Made by a program: the position numbers and the translations under genes. 64,000 nt of DNA from Flavobacteriaceae bacterium. GTDB lineage: Bacteria > Bacteroidota > Bacteroidia > Flavobacteriales > Flavobacteriaceae. Each line of letters starts with the position of its first letter. The first letter of the stretch is position 1. The stretch spans positions 175 to 64,174 of the forward strand of contig JADHLZ010000005.1 in assembly GCA_016780345.1 (NCBI GenBank), read 5' to 3'. Below the pieces are notes generated by a model. That model did no database searches and was not told where the DNA came from. It worked only from the letters and a program-made list of their open reading frames with translations. Shown one piece after another: positions 37,582 to 49,124 of this stretch.

Positions 37582-38283
37582 ACTTGCTGAAAATACATTT
37601 GAGAAATTTTTTTTTAAACTATTAATTATTTCAAATTCATCAATTGATTTTCCTAATTCTTTTGAAACTGAAGTCACAGACTTATTATTAATTCCACAAG
37701 GAATTATATTATCAAAATAACGTAAATCATTATTTACATTAAGAGCAAAACCGTGCATTGTGACCCAACGACTTGCCTTAACTCCTAAAGCACAAATTTT
37801 TCTCGCGTCATTGTATTTGGGATTTATCCAAACACCTGTTTCTTTAAGGCTTCTTTCTCCTTTAATATTAAATTCAATTAAAGTTTTAATAACAACTTCC
37901 TCCAAGAATCTAAGATATTTATGGATGTCATAAAAAAAATTGTCAAGATCCATTATTGGATAGCACACTATTTGTCCTGGGCCGTGGCATGTAATGTCTC
38001 CTCCTCTATTGGTGTTAAAAAACTGAATATCTTTCTTTGCCAAATCCTCTTTACTTAATAATAAATTATTAATATCTCCACTTTTTCCTAATGTGTACAC
38101 ATTTGGATGTTCGACAAATAATAAGTAATTGTTGGTTTTGTGTTCGGTTTTTTCTCTTCTATTTATAAGTTTTTGATCTATAATTTTATTAAAAAGTTCA
38201 GTCTGAATTTTAAGTACTTTTTCATAATCCATTAAACCCAGTTCATAAACTTCAATATTATTATTTTTATTATTTTTTGTCAT
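37561..38283 (-). CDS. lipB: Lipoyl(octanoyl) transferase
   Basis: 240 aa with RGGDITCHGPGQ motif and the KICALGV catalytic Lys/Cys region. Confidence 0.92.
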   Translation of the reverse strand: MTKNNKNNNIEVYELGLMDYEKVLKIQTELFNKIIDQKLINRREKTEHKTNNYLLFVEHPNVYTLGKSGDINNLLLSKEDLAKKDIQFFNTNRGGDITCHGPGQIVCYPIMDLDNFFYDIHKYLRFLEEVVIKTLIEFNIKGERSLKETGVWINPKYNDARKICALGVKASRWVTMHGFALNVNNDLRYFDNIIPCGINNKSVTSVSKELGKSIDEFEIINSLKKNFSNVFSASLIERVN

Positions 38284-38434
38284 TTATATTATTTAAAATA
38301 ACTAAAACAGCAATAACTCCCGTAAGCCATCCGAATAAAGTCAGAATTAAAATAATTAAAATTGATCCACAACCTCTATCCCACACTTAAAGCAGTGGAA
38401 AAATCACTGAAAGAATTACTCTCCAAAAACTCAA
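38270..38434 (-). pseudogene. Pmp3/YqaE-family small membrane protein gene interrupted by an in-frame TAA
   Basis: Hand translation of the minus strand gives (TTG)SFWRVILSVIFPLL*VWDRGCGSILIILILTLFGWLTGVIAVLVILNNINDKK*. It is collinear with E. coli YqaE (MGFWRIVITIILPPLGVLLGKGFG..INILLTLLGYIPGLIHA). The stop is at 38387-38389. Not in the ORF track because it is short. Confidence 0.6.
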
Positions 38435-38515
38435 ATATTTACGATAATAATTATTTGTTAAATATATAAATTAAATGAAGATTGTTTTAAAGAGATTCCT
38501 TTGAAATTGATTGAT

Positions 38516-38523
38516 TATATTTG
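38516..38523 (+). promoter_or_regulatory. -7 promoter box TATATTTG, 15 nt upstream of the lysS ATG
   Basis: Exact TAnnTTTG. Confidence 0.45.
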
Positions 38524-38538
38524 AATAAAATTTAAAAA

Positions 38539-40227
38539 ATGCTATCTGAACAAGAGCAAATTAGGAGAGAAAAATTAATTAAATTAAAATTCCTTGGAAT
38601 TAATCCATTCCCAGCTAACTTATTTCCGATAAACACGAATTCAATTGAGATTATTTCAAATTTTATTGAAAATAAAGCAGTTGTTTTAGCTGGAAGAATT
38701 ATGTCAAGAAGAATTCAGGGTAAAGCTAGCTTTGCTGAAATACAAGATAGTAAAGGAAAAATACAGGTTTATTTTAACAGAGATGAAATATGTGAAGGTG
38801 ACGATAAAACAATGTATAATGAAGTTTATAAAAAATTATTAGACATTGGAGATATAATTGGAATTGAAGGAACTTTATTTAAAACTCAGGTTGGACAGAA
38901 AACAATCCTTGTTAAAAAATTTACACTTTTAAGTAAATCAATAAGACCAATTCCAATAGCTAAAACTGACTCAGAGGGGAAAACTTATGATGAGTTTTCG
39001 GATCCAGAATTAAGATACAGACAGAGATACGTTGATCTTATTGTTAATCCAAATGTTAAAGAAACATTTATTAAGAGAACTAAGATCATCAATAGCATTC
39101 GAAATTTTTTTAATGATAATGATTATTTGGAAGTTGAAACTCCAATTTTACAATCAATTCCTGGTGGAGCTTCAGCGAGACCATTCATAACACATCACAA
39201 TGCATTAAATATCCCCTTATATCTTAGAATTGCTAATGAACTTTATCTAAAAAGATTAATTGTTGGTGGTTTTGACGGAGTCTACGAATTTGCTAAAGCA
39301 TTTCGTAATGAAGGCATGGACAGAACCCATAATCCAGAATTTACAATGGTGGAATTATATGTTGCGTATAAAGATTATTATTGGATGATGGAAATGACAG
39401 AGTCTTTACTTGAAAGAGTAGCAACTGAACTTAGTGGATCTACATTGGTTAATTTAGATGATAAAAAAATTAACTTTAAAGCTCCATTTAAAAGAATTGG
39501 CATTCTTGACTCAATAAAAGAACATACGGGATACGATGTTTCAAATATGGATGAGAATCAACTTTACGATACAGCGAAAAAACTGGATATAGAGGTAGAC
39601 AAGACAATGGGTAAAGGAAAATTGATTGATGAAATTTTCGGAGAAAAATGCGAACATCATTATATACAACCAACATTCATTACTGATTATCCAAAAGAAA
39701 TGAGTCCTCTTACAAAAGAACATAGGGATAATCCTCAATTAACTGAAAGATTTGAATTACTTGTAAATGGAAAAGAACTAGCAAACGCTTATTCAGAGCT
39801 TAATGATCCAATCGATCAATTAGAAAGATTCGAAGAACAATTAAAACTTTCAGAAAAAGGAGACGACGAAGCCATGTTTATAGATAATGATTTTATAAGA
39901 GCTCTTGAATATGGAATGCCTCCAACTTCTGGAATAGGAATAGGAATTGATAGATTAGTGATGCTTTTTACCAATAATATATCAATTCAAGAAGTTTTAT
40001 TTTTCCCTCAAATGAAACCTGAAAGAAAAGTAATTGAACTCAATGAAGAAGAAAAAAGTTTAATTAAGTTCATTAAAAATAGTTCTCCTATTGAATTATC
40101 AGTAGCTCAATCAGAATCAGGCCTCTCTAACAAAAAATGGGACAAAACAATAAAGAGTTTAACAAAAAATAAGCTCGCTTCTGTCAAAAAAATAGATGAC
40201 AAATTATTTATTGAAATTCTTGAATAA
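38539..40227 (+). CDS. lysS: Lysine--tRNA ligase (class II)
   Basis: 562 aa with an OB-fold anticodon-binding domain, class II motifs ([26 protein letters not shown]), and a ~65-aa C-terminal extension. Confidence 0.96.
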   Translation: MLSEQEQIRREKLIKLKFLGINPFPANLFPINTNSIEIISNFIENKAVVLAGRIMSRRIQGKASFAEIQDSKGKIQVYFNRDEICEGDDKTMYNEVYKKLLDIGDIIGIEGTLFKTQVGQKTILVKKFTLLSKSIRPIPIAKTDSEGKTYDEFSDPELRYRQRYVDLIVNPNVKETFIKRTKIINSIRNFFNDNDYLEVETPILQSIPGGASARPFITHHNALNIPLYLRIANELYLKRLIVGGFDGVYEFAKAFRNEGMDRTHNPEFTMVELYVAYKDYYWMMEMTESLLERVATELSGSTLVNLDDKKINFKAPFKRIGILDSIKEHTGYDVSNMDENQLYDTAKKLDIEVDKTMGKGKLIDEIFGEKCEHHYIQPTFITDYPKEMSPLTKEHRDNPQLTERFELLVNGKELANAYSELNDPIDQLERFEEQLKLSEKGDDEAMFIDNDFIRALEYGMPPTSGIGIGIDRLVMLFTNNISIQEVLFFPQMKPERKVIELNEEEKSLIKFIKNSSPIELSVAQSESGLSNKKWDKTIKSLTKNKLASVKKIDDKLFIEILE

Positions 40228-40236
40228 ATAATAATT

Positions 40237-40262
40237 ACACATCCTTTTCGGTATGTTTTTTT
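40237..40262 (+). terminator. Possible weak intrinsic terminator after lysS
   Basis: ACACATCC-TTTTC-GGTATGT imperfect hairpin followed by a T7 run. The stem is short and bulged. Confidence 0.3.
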
Positions 40263-40350
40263 ATTAATTTGTTAATAGAAATGTCTTTTTTATAAAAACT
40301 TTTTAATATTATTGTTTTTTTAATATATTTTAAATATAATTTTAGAAACT

Positions 40351-42798
40351 ATGAACAATTTATTTTATCTCCCTTTTTTATTTACCCTTATTTTTTCTTT
40401 AGGAATAAATGCACAAAAAAAAGATTCATCTGAAAAAGATAAAAAAGAAAAAAAAGAAAAAACTTATGAGGACATAATAACAAAGGAGGCGATATCCGAT
40501 GAGGGTTTATTTAAAGTTCATAAAGTAAAAGACAAATACTTTTATGAAATTTCAGATTCATTATTAGGTAGAGATATGCTTATGGTGACCAGGATTGTTA
40601 AAATGGCAACTGAACTTCCATTAAGTCGTCATAAAATGAGTGAACAAGTACTTAAATGGGAAAAATTTGATGATAATATTTTTTTAAAGCAAGCATCATA
40701 TTCAAAATTTGCTAACGATTCACTACCAATTAGTATTGCCGTTTCAAATTCTAATTACGAACCAATAATTTCAAGTTTTGATATAGTTGTAAAAAATAAA
40801 GACAATAATTCTTATGTAATTGATGTTACTGATTTGTATAAGAGTGATGTTAAAATGTTTGGATTTCCACAATCTTCTAGAAAAGGGTATAAAATTACAA
40901 GTTTAGATTCTAAACTTTCATTTATTGAATCTATTAGAAGTTTTCCTTTAAATATTGAGACAAAACATATAAAAACTTATAAATCTTCAGATTCAAGAAA
41001 TGGACAAATTTCAATGGTACTAAATAATTCTATGATACTATTGCCAAAAGAGCCGATGAAAAGAAGATATTTTGATCAAAGAGTTGGTTGGTTTACTAGT
41101 GCTCAAACAGATTATGGAATTGACAACCAAGAAGCTGAAACTGTAAGATATTTAGATAGATGGAGATTAGAGGTTAAAGATGAAGATGTCGAAAAATATA
41201 AAAATGGTGAATTAGTAGAGCCAAAAAAACCAATTATATATTATTTAGACCCAGCAACTCCAGAAAAGTGGAGAAAATATTTAAAAGCTGGAATTGAAGA
41301 TTGGAATGTGGCATTTGAAGCCGCTGGATTTAAAAATGCTGTTATCGTCAAGTATCCTCCTGATAATGAAGAAGATCCAGACTGGAGTCCTGAAGATATT
41401 AGATACTCAACAGTAAGATATTTAGCTTCTCCATCACTAAATGCCAATGGACCACATGTAAGTGATCCAAGATCAGGTGAAATCATTGAATCTGACATAA
41501 ATTGGTACCACAACGTAATGAAGCTTTTAAGAAATTGGTATTTTGTTCAAACTGCAGCAGTTAATCCAGATTCTAGAAGTGTGGAGTTTAAAAACGAAGT
41601 TATGGGTGAACTAATTAGATTTGTTTCGTCCCATGAATTTGGTCATACAATAGGTCTTCCACACAATATGGGTAGTAGTAGTGCTTATCCTGTTGATTCA
41701 CTAAGATCTTCAACATTTACTAAAAAATTTGGAACTGCTCCCTCAATTATGGACTACGCTAGATTTAACTATGTAGCTCAGCCTGAAGATGAAGGTGTTG
41801 CTTTGATGCCTTCCCAATGGGATACTCCTAATGTTGGAATATACGATATATATGCAGTAAAGTGGGGATATAAGCCAATTTTAGGCGTTTCTGAAGAAGA
41901 AGAAAAGTCTATACTTAGAAGTTGGATTAGTGAGAAAGCGGATGATTTAAAATATAGATTTGGTAGTGCTGGTATAGACCCAAGTTCACAAACAGAGGAT
42001 TTAGGAGATAATGCTGTAAAAGCTAGTGAATATGGAATAAAAAATTTAAAAAGAATAATGCCCAAACTAATTGATTGGACTACTGAGGATGGAGAAACAT
42101 ACTCTGAATTGGAATACATGTATGGTCAAGTTTTAGGTCAATTTGGAAGATATATGGGGCATGTTTCAAATAACATAGGTGGAATTTATCAATATTATAA
42201 AACTTCAGATCAAAATGGCGCTGTCTACACTCACGTTAAAAAATCACATCAGCAAAATTGTATGAATTTTATTAATAATCAACTTTTTGAAACACCAACA
42301 TGGATCATTAATAAGGAAATTTTAAATAAAATTGAGTTTGCTGGAATAACAAACAGAATAAGAAGTACTCAGTCTAGAACTTTAAATAGTTTGTTAGATT
42401 TTAGCAAAATGGCTAGATTAATTGAAAATGAAGCTATTAATGGGCGAAATGCTTATTCTTTAATTGAAATGATGAAAGATTTGAGAAAAGGGATTTTTAA
42501 AGAAATTTATAAAAACGGAACAATTGATGTATATAGACGAAACCTTCAACTTGCCTACTTAGACAGAATAAGTTATTTGATGAGTAATGAACAAGAATCA
42601 ACACCCTCTTGGGCTAGAACTTATATAACAAGTGTAAAAGTTAGTCAATCTGATATTAGAACTGTAGCTGCTAATGAACTTATTGAATTGAGAAAAGACT
42701 TGAAAAAGCATAAAAGTAAATCTGATAAAATGACTTCAATGCATATTGAAATGTTGAAAAATAAGATAGCTAGTATTTTAAGTGGTAAACCTATTTAA
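40351..42798 (+). CDS. Secreted zinc-dependent metalloprotease (met-zincin, flavobacterial DUF5117/DUF4953 type)
   Basis: 815 aa with a signal peptide and [12 protein letters not shown] zinc-binding motif. Confidence 0.75.
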   Translation: MNNLFYLPFLFTLIFSLGINAQKKDSSEKDKKEKKEKTYEDIITKEAISDEGLFKVHKVKDKYFYEISDSLLGRDMLMVTRIVKMATELPLSRHKMSEQVLKWEKFDDNIFLKQASYSKFANDSLPISIAVSNSNYEPIISSFDIVVKNKDNNSYVIDVTDLYKSDVKMFGFPQSSRKGYKITSLDSKLSFIESIRSFPLNIETKHIKTYKSSDSRNGQISMVLNNSMILLPKEPMKRRYFDQRVGWFTSAQTDYGIDNQEAETVRYLDRWRLEVKDEDVEKYKNGELVEPKKPIIYYLDPATPEKWRKYLKAGIEDWNVAFEAAGFKNAVIVKYPPDNEEDPDWSPEDIRYSTVRYLASPSLNANGPHVSDPRSGEIIESDINWYHNVMKLLRNWYFVQTAAVNPDSRSVEFKNEVMGELIRFVSSHEFGHTIGLPHNMGSSSAYPVDSLRSSTFTKKFGTAPSIMDYARFNYVAQPEDEGVALMPSQWDTPNVGIYDIYAVKWGYKPILGVSEEEEKSILRSWISEKADDLKYRFGSAGIDPSSQTEDLGDNAVKASEYGIKNLKRIMPKLIDWTTEDGETYSELEYMYGQVLGQFGRYMGHVSNNIGGIYQYYKTSDQNGAVYTHVKKSHQQNCMNFINNQLFETPTWIINKEILNKIEFAGITNRIRSTQSRTLNSLLDFSKMARLIENEAINGRNAYSLIEMMKDLRKGIFKEIYKNGTIDVYRRNLQLAYLDRISYLMSNEQESTPSWARTYITSVKVSQSDIRTVAANELIELRKDLKKHKSKSDKMTSMHIEMLKNKIASILSGKPI

Positions 42799-44081
42799 AT
42801 CAACTTTATCACTTTCTTGAAAGCATTTAATGTAAAATCGATATCATCATAAGTTAAAGCATCGTTTAAAAAATAACTTTCAAATGCACTTGGTGGTAAA
42901 TAAACACCTTCACTTAGCATCCCATGAAAATATTTTTTAAACTTTTCGTTATTACCTTTTTGAGCCGATTTAAAATCAACTACATCCTCTGATGTAAAAT
43001 GAAGAGAAATCATTGAGCCTAATTTATTTATTCTATAATCAATTGAAGTTTCGTTCAAAATTGCTCTCATACCCTGTTCCAAATAGGATGTTTTATTTTC
43101 TAAACTATCGTAAATACAAGGATTATGTTTTAGTTCAAATAAAGTTGCTAATCCTGCAGACATTGCAAGAGGATTCCCACTTAATGTACCGGCTTGATAT
43201 ACAGATCCCTCAGGAGATAATTCTTTCATAATTTCATTTCTAGATGCAAAAGCACCAACAGGTAAACCTCCACCAATTACTTTTCCGTATGTTACAATAT
43301 CAGCATTGACACCCAATATTTCTTGAGCACCTCCATTAGCTAATCTATACCCGGTCATGACCTCGTCAAATATTAATAAAATATCATTTTTATCACATAA
43401 AACTCTCAACCCTTCAATAAATCCATCTTTTGGAATTACACAACCCATGTTTCCAGCCACAGGCTCAATAATTATAGATGCTATTTCTCCACTATTATTT
43501 TTTATAAGTTTTTTAACATATTTTAAATCATTAAATGGAGCTATTAGGGTATCTTTTGCAGTACCTTGTGTTACTCCAGGACTGTTTGGAGTGCCAAATG
43601 TAACGACTCCGCTGCCAGCTTGAATTAAAAATGAATCCGAGTGACCATGATAACAACCTGAAAATTTGATTATTTTATCTTTTTTTGTAAATCCTCTAGC
43701 TAATCGAATAGCACTCATACATGCTTCTGTTCCAGAATTTACAAATCTTATTTTGTCCATACCATTTACCATTGACAATGCTAACTGTGCAAGTTCTGTT
43801 TCCATTGTAGTAGGCATTCCAAAAGAAGTGCCATTTTCCGCAGTTTTCAAAATAGCTTTAATAACATTATCATGAGCGTGACCCAGTATCATTGGCCCCC
43901 AAGATGAAATATAATCTATAAACTTATTACCATCCTCATCAAATACATAAGCTCCTTTTGCTTTGGATGCAAAAACTGGATTTCCCCCTACCGATTTGAA
44001 TGCTCTAACCGGTGAATTAACTCCACCAGGAATATAATTTTTTGCAATTTTAAATAGTTCACTACTTCTTTTATAAATCAT
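42795..44081 (-). CDS. hemL: Glutamate-1-semialdehyde 2,1-aminomutase
   Basis: 428 aa class III aminotransferase with [19 protein letters not shown] and a [11 protein letters not shown]-Lys region. Confidence 0.96.
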   Translation of the reverse strand: MIYKRSSELFKIAKNYIPGGVNSPVRAFKSVGGNPVFASKAKGAYVFDEDGNKFIDYISSWGPMILGHAHDNVIKAILKTAENGTSFGMPTTMETELAQLALSMVNGMDKIRFVNSGTEACMSAIRLARGFTKKDKIIKFSGCYHGHSDSFLIQAGSGVVTFGTPNSPGVTQGTAKDTLIAPFNDLKYVKKLIKNNSGEIASIIIEPVAGNMGCVIPKDGFIEGLRVLCDKNDILLIFDEVMTGYRLANGGAQEILGVNADIVTYGKVIGGGLPVGAFASRNEIMKELSPEGSVYQAGTLSGNPLAMSAGLATLFELKHNPCIYDSLENKTSYLEQGMRAILNETSIDYRINKLGSMISLHFTSEDVVDFKSAQKGNNEKFKKYFHGMLSEGVYLPPSAFESYFLNDALTYDDIDFTLNAFKKVIKLI

Positions 44082-44088
44082 TTCTTAT

Positions 44089-44910
44089 TTAAATTTTTAA
44101 GGTTTGCCCTATTTTAATATTGTTGTTTTTAATATTATTATTTTTAACAAGATCTGAAACCGAAATATTATATTTTTTTGAGATAGAGTATAAAGTATCC
44201 CCCTTTTTTACAACGTGAATTGATTCAGAAACATAATTGATCTTTGAAGACTGATTAGAAATTTGTTCTTCTTGATTTTTTGATAATTTCCTTTCTCTTG
44301 ATTTATTTAATGGTTTTTTTGATCCATCTAATTTCCAAAGTTCATATCTCTCAATTATTGAAATTAATTTTTCAGGATATTTTGGATCTGTAGCATATCC
44401 TGCTTTACTCAACCCTTCTGCCCACTTTATATAGTTTTGTTTATTGTATTTAAATAAAAAATTATATCTATCTCTAGACTCTAAAAAAACAGAATGGTCT
44501 CTATAAGATTTTTCTGGATTTTTATATTTTCTAAAACATTCCCCCTTAGCATCATCATCATGATAAACTTTTTTTCCATTCCATCCTTTATGACATTTTA
44601 TTCCAAAATGATTGTTAGATTTTAATGCTAGAACTCCTTTTCCTGAATCAGATTCTAAAATACCCTGAGCCATTGTTATACTAGCCGGTATTCCATATTT
44701 TTTCATTTCATTGATTGCAATTTTTGAATACGTATTAACATACCAATGAGTTCTTTCTTCATTTGACATAGAATTAAAAAATCTGTTAACAGCTTTATTG
44801 GAAATATTTTTAATTTTTTTGGGATTCTTATCAATGTAAGAAACCTTTTTAACTCCACAAGAACAAACAAGTAATAAAAGTATTATGTAGTAAAACTTAT
44901 TGTTTCGCAT
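44089..44910 (-). CDS. Peptidoglycan hydrolase: glucosaminidase (FlgJ-like) domain plus C-terminal LysM, lipoprotein
   Basis: 273 aa with lipobox LLVCSC, MAQGILESDSGKG..NNHFGIK glucosaminidase core, and LysM HVVKKGDTLYSISKKYNISVSDL. Confidence 0.85.
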   Translation of the reverse strand: MRNNKFYYIILLLLVCSCGVKKVSYIDKNPKKIKNISNKAVNRFFNSMSNEERTHWYVNTYSKIAINEMKKYGIPASITMAQGILESDSGKGVLALKSNNHFGIKCHKGWNGKKVYHDDDAKGECFRKYKNPEKSYRDHSVFLESRDRYNFLFKYNKQNYIKWAEGLSKAGYATDPKYPEKLISIIERYELWKLDGSKKPLNKSRERKLSKNQEEQISNQSSKINYVSESIHVVKKGDTLYSISKKYNISVSDLVKNNNIKNNNIKIGQTLKI

Positions 44911-45806
44911 TTTTTGTTTTTAAGTAGATTATTGAAACTCTCTATTGATTGTAATCCCCCAGTATTTATAATTAATATTCTTTTTCCAAATCTCCATTTC
45001 TTTTTTTTTATCGTATCAATTATTCTGAAAATCATTTTAGAATTATATATTGGATCTAATTTAATTTTGGTAATATTATAAAAGTTGTTAATAAAAGAAA
45101 TTAATTCTTGATTAAATTTGGCATAGCCTCCAAAAACGTCATCTTCTATTAATTCCCAATTTTTTTTATTAACAAATTTAATAATATCATTTTTCAAATT
45201 ACTATTATTTAATGAGGAAAATCCAATTACTAATTGTTTTTTAGAACTTGAATTTATTAATCCTGAAAAAGTTCCACCGCTTCCAACAGGAACACAAATT
45301 ACATCAAAAAAAACTCTATCATCATCACTTAAAATTTCTTCACATCCCTTAATTCCTTTATCATTTGTTCCTCCTTCTGGAATGATTAATGAATTCATGT
45401 ATGTCTTCTTTAATTTTTTAATGTAAACTTTGTTATTTCTTAATCTATACTCATTTCTATCTACAAACTTTAATTTCATTCCATTTTCAATGCATCTTTT
45501 TAGAGTTGGATTAAGTTCAAGATTTTTTAATTCTTCTCCTCTTACTATTCCAACAGTATTTAAATTTTCATACTTTCCAATGTACGATAGGGCTAATAAA
45601 TGATTTGAATAAGCTCCGCCAAAAGAAATAAGTTGTTTTTTTTTATCAATTGATTGAATATTATATTTTAATTTTCTAAACTTATTCCCAGAAATTACAG
45701 GATGAATTAGATCCTCCCTCTTCATATAAAGCTCAAAATCTTTTTCATTAATAAAAGGAATAATTAATTTTTGATTTTTAGTTTGAATGTTTTTAAAAAA
45801 AGACAT
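44883..45806 (-). CDS. ACC deaminase / D-cysteine desulfhydrase family PLP-dependent enzyme
   Basis: 307 aa with PLP-Lys motif SGNKFRKLKYN and fold-type II features. Confidence 0.75.
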   Translation of the reverse strand: MSFFKNIQTKNQKLIIPFINEKDFELYMKREDLIHPVISGNKFRKLKYNIQSIDKKKQLISFGGAYSNHLLALSYIGKYENLNTVGIVRGEELKNLELNPTLKRCIENGMKLKFVDRNEYRLRNNKVYIKKLKKTYMNSLIIPEGGTNDKGIKGCEEILSDDDRVFFDVICVPVGSGGTFSGLINSSSKKQLVIGFSSLNNSNLKNDIIKFVNKKNWELIEDDVFGGYAKFNQELISFINNFYNITKIKLDPIYNSKMIFRIIDTIKKKKWRFGKRILIINTGGLQSIESFNNLLKNKKCETISFTT

Positions 45807-45885
45807 TTAATATTAAAAAAACTTAAAGTGATAAATTTAAGTATTAACCGGCATAATTTTTGAAATAAATTTTAAAATATTTATC

Positions 45886-46425
45886 ATGAAAAATATTGTT
45901 TTAAAATCTGTCATAATTTTAATTTTCATTAGTCTTTTAAGTTGTGGAACAATAAGAGTATCGTCTGACTATGACTCTGAAGCCGATTTTTCTAATTACA
46001 AAACTTTCGCATTTTACAAATCTGGAATAGATAATGTTGAAATTTCAGACATTGATAAAAAAAGAATTTTAAAATCTATTCAAAACACTTTATTTAATAA
46101 AGGTTTAACTATTGACGAAAACCCTGATATACTGATTAACATTGCAACTAAATCAGTTGAAAACATATATATTGATAATAATTTTTACAGCCCATATTAC
46201 ATAGGTTGGTATCCCCACTATGGTAGAAGTTATAATAGAGTAGCTTATTCTTCATCTGAAGGGGTTTTGTATATAGATGTTATTGATACAAATTCAAAAC
46301 AACTTATATGGCAAGGAAAAGGAATTGGAGCATTGTCATCAAACAAATCAAACAGAGATGAATTGCTTAATAATCTTGTGACAAAAATATTAGATGTTTA
46401 TCCTCCAGAAAAAGAAACTAAATAA
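45886..46425 (+). CDS. DUF4136 domain-containing lipoprotein
   Basis: 179 aa with lipobox SLLSCG and YDSEADFSNYKTFAF, a typical start of DUF4136. Confidence 0.7.
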   Translation: MKNIVLKSVIILIFISLLSCGTIRVSSDYDSEADFSNYKTFAFYKSGIDNVEISDIDKKRILKSIQNTLFNKGLTIDENPDILINIATKSVENIYIDNNFYSPYYIGWYPHYGRSYNRVAYSSSEGVLYIDVIDTNSKQLIWQGKGIGALSSNKSNRDELLNNLVTKILDVYPPEKETK

Positions 46426-49024
46426 TTTTTAATGCTTCCTCAAGAAGTTTACTTAAAGAATTTAACTTATTTCCTGTTGCATTAGCAAAAAATGCTTGCC
46501 CACCACCAGATCCGTTAATATATATAGATAGCTTCTTTACAATATTATTGGCATTAAGCTTATCATTAACCAAACTTTTAGAAATGTAACATGTTAAATA
46601 TGAATTACCTTCACTTTTAGATACAAGGACAAGAAAAAGTTTATCAAAATTTTTAGCTGCCCTAAAAGCTAGACTTTTTAACATATCTGGATCACAATCT
46701 AGTTCCATACAACCTACAGTGATATTATTTTTTTTAAATGAATTTGATGAAAATATACTTAAATAATGTTCTAGTAATTTTTTATTTAGCCTTTCTAATT
46801 TTTTATTCAAAAGGTTGTTTTGAGTTTTAATTTTATGTAATGCTGAAACCAAATCTTTATCATTATTTAATAAAGATGATATCTCATTTAATGAATCCAA
46901 CTTGTCGTTAACATATTTTTTTGCTTCTCTACCGCTTATAGCTTCTATTCTTCTTATTCCGCTTGAAATTGAAGATTCTGATTTTATTATAAAATTTTTA
47001 ATAAGACCAGTATTTGAAACATGAGTTCCTCCACATAACTCGTATGATGAACCAAATTTAACTGACCTTACCTTTTCACCATATTTTTCTCCAAATAAAG
47101 CTATGACTCCATCATTTATACAATCTTGGTAATTAGCCTCTCTATTTTCTTCAAGAGTTAATTGTTCATCAATTTTTTTATTTACAAAACTTTGGATTTC
47201 TAAAATTTGATTATCATTTATTTTATCAAAATGAGAAAAATCAAATCTTAAATATTTATCTGAAACCATTGAACCTTTTTGTTGAACATGAACTCCAAGA
47301 ATTGATCTTAATGCTTGATGAAGTAAATGAGTTGATGTATGGTTACAAGAAATTTCAAATCTTTTTTCTTTATCAATTTGAATATCATAAACTAAACTTA
47401 GATCATTAGGCAAATGAAAACATTCATGTATTATTGAATCATTTTCTTTAAATGTGTTTAGTATTTCGATTTTTTCACCATCTTTATTAGTTAAATAACC
47501 TTTATCTCCTAACTGTCCTCCACCCTCAGGATAAAAAGGAGTTGATTCAAAAACTAAGTGATATCTAATTTCTCCTTTTTTATTAATAGACTTTCTATAC
47601 CTCAATATTTTTGTTTTAACTGAAGATTTATCATATCCAATAAATTCAGTATTAATTGAATTTGATATCTGCACCCATTCTTCGTTTGAAGTTGAAATTG
47701 CAGTTTTTGATCTATTTTTTTGTGCATTTAATAAGTTGATGTATTCCTCTTCATCATAATTAAGATTGTTCTCTCTCAAAATTAAAGCTGTCAAATCTAC
47801 AGGAAATCCAAACGTGTCGTATAATTCAAAAACATCTGATCCAGAGATTGTTTTAGATGAGTTTTTGGAAATTATATCATCTAACTTAATAATTCCTTTT
47901 TCTAAAGTTCTTAAAAATGAACTTTCTTCACTTTCAATAACATTTTCAATAATTTGAAGTTGAGCTTTAACCTCAGGGAAAACCGAGCTATATTGTTTAG
48001 AAAAAGTCTGAACTAGTTTAAAAATAAATGGAGTTTTTAAATTCAAAAATGTGTAACCATACCTTACAGCTCTTCTTAAAATTCTTCTAATTACATAACC
48101 TGCGCCATTATTTGACGGAAGTTGGCCATCACTTATAGAAAATACTACAGCTCTTAAATGATCAACAATAACTCTAAACGCAACATCAATTTCTTTTCGC
48201 TGTCCATATTTAAAATTACTTATGGATTCCAGTTGATTAATAATAGGAATAAAAATATCCGTTTCGTAGTTTGATTTAACATTTTGAAGAACCATACATA
48301 ATCTTTCAAACCCCATTCCAGTGTCAACGTGTTTGTTTGGGAGACTTTCTAATGTTCCTTTTTTGTTTCTGTTAAATTGAATAAAAACTAAATTCCATAT
48401 TTCAATAACTTCAGGATGATCTTTATTGACCAAGTTTATCCCAGAAATTTTTAATTTTTCTTCTTTTGACCTAATATCAACATGGATTTCTGAACATGGG
48501 CCGCATGGGCCAAAATCACCCATTTCCCAAAAATTATCCTTTTTATTACCCAAAATAATTTTTGATTTATCAACTATTTTAGACCATATTTCAAATGCTT
48601 CTTGGTCTAGTTCTGTTTTATCATCTTTTGAACCTTCAAAAACAGTAACATACAAAGAGTCCTTATCTATTTTGTAAACTTCAGTCAAAAGTTCCCATGC
48701 CCATTCTATAGCCTCTTTTTTAAAATAATCACCAAAACTCCAATTTCCTAACATTTCAAACATAGTGTGATGATAAGTATCCAAACCAACTTCTTCCAAA
48801 TCATTATGCTTTCCTGATACTCTTAAACATTTTTGAGTATCTGCAATTCTAGGAATTTGAATTGGAAGGTTTCCTAAAAAATAATCCTTAAATTGATTCA
48901 TTCCCGCATTAGTAAACATTAGAGTTGGGTCATTTTTAACAACCATAGATGCAGAATTTACTATTTTGTGATTTTTATTCTTAAAAAAATTAAGAAATGT
49001 AGATCTTACTTTACTGGACTTCAT
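46418..49024 (-). CDS. alaS: Alanine--tRNA ligase
   Basis: 868 aa with class II core, editing-domain HTSTHLLH and CGGTHV, and a C-terminal DHHA1-like domain. Confidence 0.97.
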   Translation of the reverse strand: MKSSKVRSTFLNFFKNKNHKIVNSASMVVKNDPTLMFTNAGMNQFKDYFLGNLPIQIPRIADTQKCLRVSGKHNDLEEVGLDTYHHTMFEMLGNWSFGDYFKKEAIEWAWELLTEVYKIDKDSLYVTVFEGSKDDKTELDQEAFEIWSKIVDKSKIILGNKKDNFWEMGDFGPCGPCSEIHVDIRSKEEKLKISGINLVNKDHPEVIEIWNLVFIQFNRNKKGTLESLPNKHVDTGMGFERLCMVLQNVKSNYETDIFIPIINQLESISNFKYGQRKEIDVAFRVIVDHLRAVVFSISDGQLPSNNGAGYVIRRILRRAVRYGYTFLNLKTPFIFKLVQTFSKQYSSVFPEVKAQLQIIENVIESEESSFLRTLEKGIIKLDDIISKNSSKTISGSDVFELYDTFGFPVDLTALILRENNLNYDEEEYINLLNAQKNRSKTAISTSNEEWVQISNSINTEFIGYDKSSVKTKILRYRKSINKKGEIRYHLVFESTPFYPEGGGQLGDKGYLTNKDGEKIEILNTFKENDSIIHECFHLPNDLSLVYDIQIDKEKRFEISCNHTSTHLLHQALRSILGVHVQQKGSMVSDKYLRFDFSHFDKINDNQILEIQSFVNKKIDEQLTLEENREANYQDCINDGVIALFGEKYGEKVRSVKFGSSYELCGGTHVSNTGLIKNFIIKSESSISSGIRRIEAISGREAKKYVNDKLDSLNEISSLLNNDKDLVSALHKIKTQNNLLNKKLERLNKKLLEHYLSIFSSNSFKKNNITVGCMELDCDPDMLKSLAFRAAKNFDKLFLVLVSKSEGNSYLTCYISKSLVNDKLNANNIVKKLSIYINGSGGGQAFFANATGNKLNSLSKLLEEALKII

Positions 49025-49030
49025 TAAATA

Positions 49031-49038
49031 TAGATTTG
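49031..49038 (+). promoter_or_regulatory. -7 promoter box TAGATTTG, 86 nt upstream of the M23 peptidase gene
   Basis: Exact TAnnTTTG in the 100-bp divergent spacer. Confidence 0.35.
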
Positions 49039-49124
49039 CAAGTTTATCATTAAAATAAACTATTTTATATCTTTACTAATTATTTTTAGTTTAAAACTTA
49101 GGTAAAAATACTATAATTTAATCA

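Noticed and set aside
38363-38371. DnaA-box-like 9-mer TGATCCACA, one mismatch from TTATCCACA
   Set aside because: It is a single isolated copy inside the Pmp3-like pseudogene. There is no cluster of boxes, no AT-rich unwinding element and no dnaA/dnaN context.
40030-40227. A ~65-aa C-terminal extension on LysRS, which might be a fused extra domain
   Set aside because: As far as I recall, Bacteroidota class II LysRS proteins are generally about 560-580 aa with such a tail, so this is probably lineage-typical and not a novel fusion.
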